Part shown: positions 28,065 to 35,897 of the stretch, piece after piece
Numbering within the stretch: position 1 is the first letter of the stretch
Layout: every line of letters begins with the position of its first letter
Sequence record: DRR378314_1695
Reading direction: 5' to 3' (one strand)
Length of the DNA: 35,897 nt
Notes under the pieces: model-generated
What the model was told of the DNA's origin: nothing
What the model saw: the letters and a program-made list of their open reading frames with translations, nothing else
The model's database searches: none
Position numbers and translations under genes: made by a program

Positions 28065-28226
28065 AAGAACAAAAACATACTAATCTATTTGGTTTTTGGA
28101 ACTTTTACGAATGCCCTAATCAGTTGTTCAAAAGAAAAAATCGACTCCTATATATATATAGGTATACATTTTTCCAATATTGATTTAGTTTTAATACAAT
28201 ATTATCCATGTTATAATAAAGGTTAA
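28065..28226 (+). pseudogene. Possible remnant of a lipoprotein gene
   Basis: Open frame KNKNILIYLVFGTFTNALIS-CSKEKIDS resembles a signal peptide II, but has AAG where ATG would be expected and stops at 28226. Confidence 0.4.
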
Positions 28227-28647
28227 CCCTTAACCCCAATTCCATTAATCATTCCGTTTTTAGTTTGAATTCCCTATTTGCCATTACGGACCAATGTCTC
28301 TATCCTTTACAACAATTAAGATAATTTAGCACTATGCGTTTAACTGGTTTCCTTTAATAGTCCGGGCACTGAAAGTTGCTCCTATTGTATTAGCTATAAT
28401 ATACTGGAACAACTTGAACCCCTATTATTGGACCAGACTAGTAATATCTCCAAGGAATTGGGGGTATTAATAAAGCCTGTGGATGAAAACTAAGACCTAC
28501 CCCTGTACAAAACTTGCAAAAACGCCCATCCAAGATCAAATCATATCGTTTTAACACTTTTTAGATCATAATAAACATATGTGTCAGTTTTTTGCAAAAA
28601 TAACGATGAAAAATATTCAATAAAATCGTTTTAACAGCCCATTCTGA

Positions 28648-28696
28648 TAAATTTAATTTACCATTTTGCAAAAAACACCAATAATATGATAAGAAA
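28648..28696 (+). repeat. Copy 2 of a duplicated regulatory block
   Basis: 42/49 nt identical to 27604-27652. Confidence 0.75.
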
Positions 28697-28934
28697 TGTG
28701 AGTAAATACTGATTTTAATGTATTCTAGACAAGAGGCATTTTATCATAATCATAAAAATGAATTATTTGCAAAATTGATCATTATGACAGCATTTGTTCT
28801 TTAAAATTTAAAAAGCTGACATTTCGGTAGAAAAGTAAATTTATAATAGCGATATGATTAGTTTTATCTCCATATCTACCTATAATACAGGCTTTTACAA
28901 AACTGTCAAAATTTTATTTATGCCAATGTATCGT

Positions 28935-28942
28935 TAAATTTG
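28935..28942 (+). promoter_or_regulatory. Bacteroidota sigma-A -7 element for the TonB-receptor operon
   Basis: TAAATTTG about 160 nt upstream of the probable ATG at 29100. Confidence 0.55.
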
Positions 28943-29099
28943 TAAAGTCATTTAACAACAAAAGTAGAGTTGTTTTTTGATAGTTAAGTATCCGGAACTT
29001 TCCTTTTACCAGGTGTACAGTTGAATTTCCATGGCCATGGAAACGATTGAAATTGGTATGCCTACAACATTGTTTACTAACTACCTTAAACTATTGTAT

Positions 29100-32036
29100 A
29101 TGAAGAAAGCTCTAATACTATCACTCGCATTATTCAGTATGCTAGCGATGAACGCCCAACAAATTACTGTATCTGGAAAAGTTACAGATGAAGTCGGTAC
29201 CCCCCTACCAGGCGTGAATGTAGTAATCAAGGGTACCACTAAAGGAAGTATCTCGGATTTTGACGGAAATTTTTCCATTGACGCCGAATCCGATGCAGTT
29301 TTATTATTATCATCATTAGGTTACGCAAATAAGGAAATTCTAATAGGAGGAAGAACCAATATTACCGTAACCCTTCCCGAAGCTGCTGAAATGTTAACGG
29401 AAACTATAGTTATTGGCTCTCGAAGTAAAGGTAGGACCAAATTGGAAACTACTGCCCCCGTCGATGTTATTAGTATAAAGGAACAGGCTATTAACATGCC
29501 GCAGATGGACCTGGCACAGATGCTGGTCGCTTCAGCACCCTCTTTTAGCGCCTTTCGCTCCCAGGGTGGTGACCTTTCGTCTGCCGTCGACCCTCCAACG
29601 CTTCGTGGCCTTGCCCCGAACCAAATGTTGGTACTTATAAATGGTAAGAGAAGGCATACTTCGGCACTTTTGGCAGGTTCGCAAACAGGATCGGCTGCAA
29701 ATGCCACGGATATGAGCTTCATTGTCCCAGATGCTATTGACAGGGTAGAAATTTTAAGGGACGGTGCCTCGGCACAATACGGTTCCGATGCCATTGCCGG
29801 TGTAATGAACGTTGTATTAAAAAAAGGCACTGGAGAGTTTACCGGAAATTTTACTGTGGGCGGATTCCCAAATTCCGCCCCAGATCTTAGCGGAACCGAT
29901 GTAAGTGAAGAAAATCAGGCTTTGTTGAAAGATACCGAGCCAGATGGTATCAATTATCAATTGGCTGGAAATTATGGAATCTCCTTTGAAGAAGGTGGCT
30001 ACTTAAACATTACGGGACTTTACCGCCAGGCCGAAGCAACAGTTCGCCCCAATATAAGCAATGCTACACCTTATGGAGATGCATACCTAAACAATGAGCG
30101 TACCGATGCCCAAGGGAATATTATCATAACCAACCCAGAACTGTTAGCGGCACAGGCTTCAGGCAATACCGCACTTGCCGATGACCTTAGGACCGATACC
30201 GGACTTATGGCTGCAAGAGGCTTAACCTATAAAGACTTCTCTACCTATGCAGGTACTGCAGCATCCAATCTAGGAGTAGTGGCCTACAATATGGCATTGC
30301 CCATCAATGAGGATATAGAATTTTATTCTTTTGGTGATTTTGGATATAAATACACTGCTGGGTACAGCTGCTTTTATCGAAGACCGGCCCAGGCCGATCG
30401 TGCCAACTTTGACTTGTTCCCGAATGGATTTAGGCCTCAAATTGCCAGTACCCAGACCAACATAGCCTTTACAGGTGGAATTGATGGTACCCTAGGCGAT
30501 TTCAATTTTGATTTCAGCAACACCTTCGGAAGAAACAAAATGAAGTATGACATGTTCAATACCTTCAATGCAAGTTTACAATCCGAGTCACCGACAACAA
30601 TGGATTTGGGAACACATAGTTTCTACCAGAACACCACCAATTTTGATGTATCCAAATATTTTGATGACGTATTATCTGGACTCAATGTTGCTATTGGAGT
30701 AGAATTGAGGGTAGAAAACTATCAAATAGCAGCTGGCCAGCCAGAAAGTTACGCTATTGGTGACGCAGGAATCTATACTGCAACCACGGACAATGAAGCA
30801 TTATTGGGTCCAGATGGCTTTCCAATGGAAGACATAAACTCACAACCTATAGTAAATGCGGATGGAAGTCCAGTGGTACTTCCATATGGTGCTGCCAGCA
30901 CTAATATAAATAAATTCTACAGTCCCAACTGTCAGTGTTTTAGAGGTTTTGCTCCTGAGAACGAAGCCAACGAATTTCGTTCGGTTACAGCGGCCTATTT
31001 GGATGCTGAACTTGATGTTACCGAAAAATGGTTGTTGACAGGCGCCCTGCGTACAGAGAACTATTCAGATTTTGGAGATGTCTTTACAGGTAAAATAGCT
31101 ACCAGATACTCCATCTTGGACAACTTTGCCGTAAGAGGATCTTTCAGTACAGGTTTTAGAGCTCCTTCCCTACAGGAATTGAATTATTCACACACCTTTA
31201 CCTTCTTTGTAGGTCTCAATCCTTTTGACGGTACTCTTTATCCAAATACCAGTAGTGCAGCAAGGGCCATTGGTATTCAAGCCTTAAAACAAGAACAATC
31301 CACTAATTTAAGTCTAGGTTTCACTACCCGTCTGTTTAACAAAATAGATCTAACAGTAGACGCATATAAAATTGATATTCAGGATCGGATCTTTGAAACT
31401 GATAATTTTAACGCTAGCGAAGCTCCTGTATTGGCTCCTATTATTGGTTCCGGATTGGCAAGTTTTAGAATTAATGGTGGAGACATAAGCACCAAAGGTG
31501 TTGAAATAGTAGCCAACTATAGAGAAAAAGTGGGTGAAGGCATGTTAGGCCTAACACTTTCAGGGGTATTCCGTGAAAACACTTTTGAAGGGGCAAGTGT
31601 TCCAGACCTTAATACGGTGTTGACCGATGAGGAATTGGAAACTAAATACGTAAACAGGTCTTCCATAGGTCAATTCGAATCAGGTACACCAAATACCACC
31701 TTTATTGGTTCTGGAACCTATTCTTGGGGCAAATGGTCTGGGATGCTAAGGGGATCTTATTTTGGGGAGGTAACTTCATTGGACAACACTTTCAGAACTC
31801 TTAATGATGGTTCTGAAGGATATTCCGATCAAACCTTCTCTGCTCAATTTGTTACCGATATAGGAGTTACCCACAACTTTACGGATAAGCTTGCATTAAC
31901 TGTAGGGGGCAATAACATCTTTAATAAGTACCCAGATATCCTAAGAGCAGAAGAAAGAGGATTCTACCTCTACTCCAACTATCAGCAAGGTTCTAACGGT
32001 GCATATTATTTCGCTAGACTAACTTTTGGATTCTAA
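29100..32036 (+). CDS. TonB-dependent outer-membrane receptor with SusC-like N-terminal domain
   Basis: Signal peptide MKKALILSLALFSMLAMNAQ; VSGKVTD..G.PLPGVNV; plug LRGL...LVLINGKR, RVEILRDGASAQYGSDAIAGV; C-terminal Phe. Confidence 0.95.
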   Translation: MKKALILSLALFSMLAMNAQQITVSGKVTDEVGTPLPGVNVVIKGTTKGSISDFDGNFSIDAESDAVLLLSSLGYANKEILIGGRTNITVTLPEAAEMLTETIVIGSRSKGRTKLETTAPVDVISIKEQAINMPQMDLAQMLVASAPSFSAFRSQGGDLSSAVDPPTLRGLAPNQMLVLINGKRRHTSALLAGSQTGSAANATDMSFIVPDAIDRVEILRDGASAQYGSDAIAGVMNVVLKKGTGEFTGNFTVGGFPNSAPDLSGTDVSEENQALLKDTEPDGINYQLAGNYGISFEEGGYLNITGLYRQAEATVRPNISNATPYGDAYLNNERTDAQGNIIITNPELLAAQASGNTALADDLRTDTGLMAARGLTYKDFSTYAGTAASNLGVVAYNMALPINEDIEFYSFGDFGYKYTAGYSCFYRRPAQADRANFDLFPNGFRPQIASTQTNIAFTGGIDGTLGDFNFDFSNTFGRNKMKYDMFNTFNASLQSESPTTMDLGTHSFYQNTTNFDVSKYFDDVLSGLNVAIGVELRVENYQIAAGQPESYAIGDAGIYTATTDNEALLGPDGFPMEDINSQPIVNADGSPVVLPYGAASTNINKFYSPNCQCFRGFAPENEANEFRSVTAAYLDAELDVTEKWLLTGALRTENYSDFGDVFTGKIATRYSILDNFAVRGSFSTGFRAPSLQELNYSHTFTFFVGLNPFDGTLYPNTSSAARAIGIQALKQEQSTNLSLGFTTRLFNKIDLTVDAYKIDIQDRIFETDNFNASEAPVLAPIIGSGLASFRINGGDISTKGVEIVANYREKVGEGMLGLTLSGVFRENTFEGASVPDLNTVLTDEELETKYVNRSSIGQFESGTPNTTFIGSGTYSWGKWSGMLRGSYFGEVTSLDNTFRTLNDGSEGYSDQTFSAQFVTDIGVTHNFTDKLALTVGGNNIFNKYPDILRAEERGFYLYSNYQQGSNGAYYFARLTFGF

Positions 32037-32064
32037 TCTGTTAACGCTATAAAAAATAAAAGAT

Positions 32065-32565
32065 ATGAAACATACATCTATAAAAATAATTAGTTTACTA
32101 TTTCTGGTTTTCTTCACTGCTTCCTGTGAGCAAGAAATGCCAGAAGCTGCATTAGAGGCCGCCGAAGGCGGGGGAACATTACGAAATTACACTGCCTATA
32201 CTATCGATGCTGCGGATCCCAGTGGATCCAATGTATATGGGCGCGTGGTTTTCTGGAAAGGTACCCTAAACAGAACACTTGTTCAGGTTTCCCTTTATAA
32301 CACCATTGAAGGGCAACAACATCCTGCACTCATTTTAGAAGGTGCCTCAGGAGTGGGAACAACTACCCTGCTAACACTGGATACGGTTTCCGGAGATACA
32401 GGCGAGCTAAATGACAACAAGTTTTACGTCATTAGCGACACTTCCTTTTATGATGGACTCCTAGACCTGGATGCGCACATAAACATTTACCTGAGCGAAA
32501 CAGACAATACGGTTGTCGCCTCAGGAAATATAGGCGCAAATGCCGATCCGGTAGAAAGTAATTAA
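32065..32565 (+). CDS. Lipoprotein with a CHRD-like beta-sandwich
   Basis: Lipobox FTAS-C followed by acidic residues; VYGRVVF..TLVQVSL..HPA..HINIYLS..VVASGNIG pattern; fold from resemblance only. Confidence 0.75.
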   Translation: MKHTSIKIISLLFLVFFTASCEQEMPEAALEAAEGGGTLRNYTAYTIDAADPSGSNVYGRVVFWKGTLNRTLVQVSLYNTIEGQQHPALILEGASGVGTTTLLTLDTVSGDTGELNDNKFYVISDTSFYDGLLDLDAHINIYLSETDNTVVASGNIGANADPVESN

Positions 32566-32599
32566 AAATTAAACTCATAAACTTAAATACAATAACATT

Positions 32600-33793
32600 A
32601 TGAAAACATTAGACAGAAGAGCATGGTTAAAAAGGGGTGCTTTGACAGCTGCAGGCGCAATGGTAATGCCCCATTTGAGTTTCGGAATTTCCGAGATGCC
32701 CAAAGCACCTTTGGCACTTGATGCCCAGGGAAATGCCATTTATACTCCATTTTTTAAGGAATTTTTACCGGCATTTAGTCGCGAAATGCCGGTATTGGAA
32801 GCCAAATTGAATGCTAATGAAAACCCTTACGGTCCATCCCCTAAGGCAATCTCAGCCTTACAGAAAGTAGCCTTTAAAGGCAATCGTTATGCCTGGTACG
32901 AACTTTTTGACCTGATGGGCAAAATTGCTAAGGAAGAAGGTGTGGACATCAAGAACATTATGATGGGACCGGGATCATCAGATCTTTTGGAAAAAACAGC
33001 CATGGTCCTATTTGCAAACGGTGGCAATGTAGTATCCGCAGACCCTACTTATATGTCATTGATTCGCGTTGCGGAGGCCACAGGTGCTTCTTGGAAGGCA
33101 ATTCCCTGTAAGGCAGATTGGTCACATGACCTAAAAGCCATGGAAGCTGCCATTGACGCAGATACAAAATTGGTATACATCTGTAATCCTAACAATCCTA
33201 CAGGAGCAATGACCGATAGTGCTGAATTGGTGGATTTCTGTTCAAGGGTATCAGAAAAAGTTCCCATTTTCGTGGATGAGGCCTATATGGGCTTTTTAGA
33301 GGATGGTGCCAAACAAAGTATGGTGTCTCTAATAAATGAAGGCAAAGACGTTATAATAGCCCGTACATTCTCAAAAATACACGGTATGGCCGGCCTTAGG
33401 GTAGGATATATCGTGGCACAGGAATCTACTCTTGCAAAACTTGAAAAAGTTACCCGCGGAGGTATGGGCATTGCTTACACCTCCATATTTGCAGCTACTG
33501 CCAGTATGGATGATGTAGCCTTTCAAGACAAATCCAGAAAGCTTAACGCTGAATGTCGCGAATATGTCTACCAAAGCTTGGATAAAATGGGCTTTGAGTA
33601 CATTCCGTCTTCCACAAGTTTCATAATCTTCCCAATAGAAATGGAAGGAAAGGCATTCCTGGAAAAAATGACTGCCCAAAAAGTAGGTGTTCGTGCCTTC
33701 GAGATCATGGGCAAGAACTGGTGCCGTGTAAGTATGGGTACCATGGAGGAAATGAAGCTATTTACAAAAGCGTTGGAAAAAGTATTGGTTTAA
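32600..33793 (+). CDS. Tat-exported PLP-dependent aminotransferase (class I/II, HisC-like)
   Basis: DRRAWLK twin-arginine signal; LNANENPYG, CNPNNPTG, DEAY, RTFSKIHGMAGLRVGY. Confidence 0.92.
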   Translation: MKTLDRRAWLKRGALTAAGAMVMPHLSFGISEMPKAPLALDAQGNAIYTPFFKEFLPAFSREMPVLEAKLNANENPYGPSPKAISALQKVAFKGNRYAWYELFDLMGKIAKEEGVDIKNIMMGPGSSDLLEKTAMVLFANGGNVVSADPTYMSLIRVAEATGASWKAIPCKADWSHDLKAMEAAIDADTKLVYICNPNNPTGAMTDSAELVDFCSRVSEKVPIFVDEAYMGFLEDGAKQSMVSLINEGKDVIIARTFSKIHGMAGLRVGYIVAQESTLAKLEKVTRGGMGIAYTSIFAATASMDDVAFQDKSRKLNAECREYVYQSLDKMGFEYIPSSTSFIIFPIEMEGKAFLEKMTAQKVGVRAFEIMGKNWCRVSMGTMEEMKLFTKALEKVLV

Positions 33794-33802
33794 GTTGAGT
33801 TT

Positions 33803-33870
33803 GCCCACAGGTTGGATCAATAGGAGGGCCGTAAAGATCTTTCTATGATCCAACTACTGTTGGGTTTTTT
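33803..33870 (+). terminator. Long hairpin with U-tract
   Basis: CCCACAG-GTTGGATCA-ATAG pairs with CTAT-GATCCAAC-TA-CTGTTGGG, followed by TTTTTT. Confidence 0.65.
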
Positions 33871-33918
33871 ATTACGGAAACCCCCGAACGGAATAGCGAA
33901 TTATTAAGAACTTATAAT

Positions 33919-35070
33919 ATGAATTATGCATTACAAAAAACATTAGAACTCCTACTGATCATAGGTCTGGGTCTATTACTACAAAAAAAGGTAGCTAAGG
34001 ATGACCTAAAAGGGATAAAGACCTTGATATTGAGTGTGGCATTGCCAGCTACAATTTTTGTAGCCCTATTAAAAATAGAACTCAAAGGGTCATTATTGAT
34101 TTTCCCCCTGATGGCTCTGGTATTTAATTTTATAATGGCCATAGCCACCAAATTCCTTTTGGCATCATCATTACCTAAAAATGAAGGAGCCAAAAAAAGA
34201 ACATTGACAATGCTCCTCCCCTCTTTGGCACCAGGCCTCTCCTGTTTTCCCTTTATCATAGTCTACTTGGGCGATGAATATCTGGCCTTGGCCGCACTGG
34301 CAGACGTGGGGAACAAAATCTTTGTACTTATCCTTTTGTATATGTTAGGGATGCACTGGTATCATGCCAGGGCCGTCAAAGATTTGGTTGCAACTACTTC
34401 CAGCAAGTTAAAAGGCCTGTTTCTTTCAATGCTGAATGAACCTATTAACTTGGTTATAATAGTAGCTCTGGTACTATTGGGATTCGGACTTAACCTAAGC
34501 TCCTTTCCTCAGTTCTTGGAGAATACCATTGTTAAAATGAGCTTGATTATGACACCTTTGGTGCTCCTTTTTATTGGTATGGCAGTACGTATAAAATTTA
34601 GGGAATTCGGCTTTATCTTTTCACTTTTGATGAGACGTGCAGGAATCACCTTTTTACTATCGGCTATTTTTGTGTTCCTTTTTCCAGCATTGGCTGCCCC
34701 AATGATTTTATTTATTGTGGTATTCCCACAAAGTGCCTGCAGTTTTTGGCCGTTTGCCCATATGAGTGCCGTAAGTACATTGGAGGAAAAGGACGAACAG
34801 AAGAAGCCTACTTTCGATATTAACTTTGCAGTTAATATTTTGGCTTGTTCCATGCCGTTTTCCACTATTTTGATCATTAGTATTTTTTCTTTCAGCGATT
34901 TTTTTGTGAACCCAGTAGTGCTAACGGTTACAGGAATCATAATGGTGGCTGTCACCTATATTCCTTATTTGATCACTAAACTGAAAAGGAGCAACAAGTC
35001 CGAGGAAGTTGTTAACTACAATACCTTTTTTGGAATAAATACCAATGCACATTCATCGGAAAATAATTAA
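33919..35070 (+). CDS. AEC (auxin efflux carrier/malate permease) family membrane transporter
   Basis: About 10 hydrophobic segments; LILSVALPATIF and LIMTPLVLLFIGM repeats typical of AEC. Confidence 0.8.
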   Translation: MNYALQKTLELLLIIGLGLLLQKKVAKDDLKGIKTLILSVALPATIFVALLKIELKGSLLIFPLMALVFNFIMAIATKFLLASSLPKNEGAKKRTLTMLLPSLAPGLSCFPFIIVYLGDEYLALAALADVGNKIFVLILLYMLGMHWYHARAVKDLVATTSSKLKGLFLSMLNEPINLVIIVALVLLGFGLNLSSFPQFLENTIVKMSLIMTPLVLLFIGMAVRIKFREFGFIFSLLMRRAGITFLLSAIFVFLFPALAAPMILFIVVFPQSACSFWPFAHMSAVSTLEEKDEQKKPTFDINFAVNILACSMPFSTILIISIFSFSDFFVNPVVLTVTGIIMVAVTYIPYLITKLKRSNKSEEVVNYNTFFGINTNAHSSENN

Positions 35071-35107
35071 TACTTCTTAATAAGTACTGATAGTTTTTCT
35101 AAAAATA

Positions 35108-35140
35108 AAAAGGCCCCTGAAATACATTCAGGGGCCTTTT
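35108..35140. terminator. Bidirectional intrinsic terminator
   Basis: AAAAGGCCCCTGAA-ATACA-TTCAGGGGCCTTTT perfect stem between convergent genes. Confidence 0.9.
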
Positions 35141-35162
35141 ACTATTATTTAATTGGACCAGC

Positions 35163-35519
35163 TTAAAGGATACTTCCTTTTTTACTAACTTCCAAAGGAA
35201 TACGATAAATTACTCCTTGTTCAAAAGTTCCTTTTGTAACCTTTTGGAAATCGATACTATTTCGAATATAGGTTTCCAATGCTTCGTTTTCTGTTTTAAC
35301 ACTTAGAACCCGTAAATAATCACCGTTGTCCAGGGCAACACGTATCTCTGCCGTTGCGCCACGAATCTCATCGGGAATAATATTATCGCTCAACATTTGG
35401 AAAACCTGGGTTGTAACCGCCTTCGCAGGTTTTGCTTCGCCTTTTTGGGGATCGGTTGCAAAGACTTGAACCACGTTCAACAACATTGCAGCCATCAAGA
35501 TAAATACTGACTTTTTCAT
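35163..35519 (-). CDS. Small secreted hypothetical protein
   Basis: Signal peptide MKKSVFILMAAMLLNVVQVFA; ends at the bidirectional terminator. Confidence 0.85.
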   Translation of the reverse strand: MKKSVFILMAAMLLNVVQVFATDPQKGEAKPAKAVTTQVFQMLSDNIIPDEIRGATAEIRVALDNGDYLRVLSVKTENEALETYIRNSIDFQKVTKGTFEQGVIYRIPLEVSKKGSIL

Positions 35520-35897
35520 ATTTTAAGGATGTTTTAGATTTATTTTTTAACTAATTCTACTCAAACTTATTAAATATATCGCAATATAGACCTTCTATAT
35601 TATAGATTTAATAAATTTTAACATTACAAAATACGAATATGCAAAATACAGGCAAAAAGCTAACGAATCGTCAGGTTTTCTTAGGTTTGGCGTAGTCAAT
35701 AGATTCAAACTTGGAAGATAAATATTTTGAGAAAAAGGGTCTAAAAATATATTGAAGCAATTACTAGAAATTCACTTAATGGGCTCCATAAACCTTTAAC
35801 AGGATTGTTGCCTATAAAATCCAGACATAGGCTAGTACTTATTTATAGTTTTTGTTTCCCTCCGCCCAAGTGCCTGGCGGTATCATACATTGGTACA

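Noticed and set aside
27514-29099. Possible CRISPR array or intact ncRNA in the long intergenic region
   Set aside because: No identical regularly spaced 25-45 nt repeats, no cas genes, no complete tRNA cloverleaf or recognisable riboswitch
29100-32565. Polysaccharide utilisation locus (SusC/SusD)
   Set aside because: The lipoprotein is only 166 aa and not SusD-like; no CAZymes present
32600-33793. Calling the aminotransferase hisC
   Set aside because: The twin-arginine signal and the lack of neighbouring his genes argue against cytoplasmic histidine biosynthesis
223-34955. Many short (about 60-200 aa) antisense or alternate-frame ORFs in the track (e.g. 4769-5389, 9413-9796, 29321-29830, 34509-34955)
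   Set aside because: They lie inside well-supported genes and have no recognisable motifs; treated as shadow ORFs

Overview
AT-rich window from a Flavobacteriaceae-like (Bacteroidota) chromosome; the taxon is inferred from gene content and TAnnTTTG-type promoters. Positions 1-12.5 kb form a stress/low-oxygen island: six tandem universal stress proteins, thioredoxin, a small eRF1/baeRF-like protein, MscS, an ATP-cone/PD-(D/E)xK nuclease fusion, a beta-CASP metallo-beta-lactamase, D-lactate dehydrogenase and cardiolipin synthase. Six promoters in it share an FNR/CRP-like palindrome, (A/C)TGA(C/T)-N4-(G/A/C)TCAT. In five of them the box lies exactly 22 nt upstream of a -7-like element, which points to a single regulon. 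The middle holds mdaB/LysR, a DUF2971-like gene, PhoD, a Tat-exported TIM-barrel protein, a second MscS, kefG-kefB and a three-gene pntAAB. The right end is a locus divergent from an Lrp/AsnC regulator: SusD-less TonB-dependent receptor, CHRD-like lipoprotein, Tat-exported PLP aminotransferase and AEC permease. It is preceded by a ~1.6 kb non-coding region with a duplicated regulatory block, phased repeats, a lipoprotein-gene remnant and a structured leader. No intact tRNA, rRNA, CRISPR array or transposase was seen.
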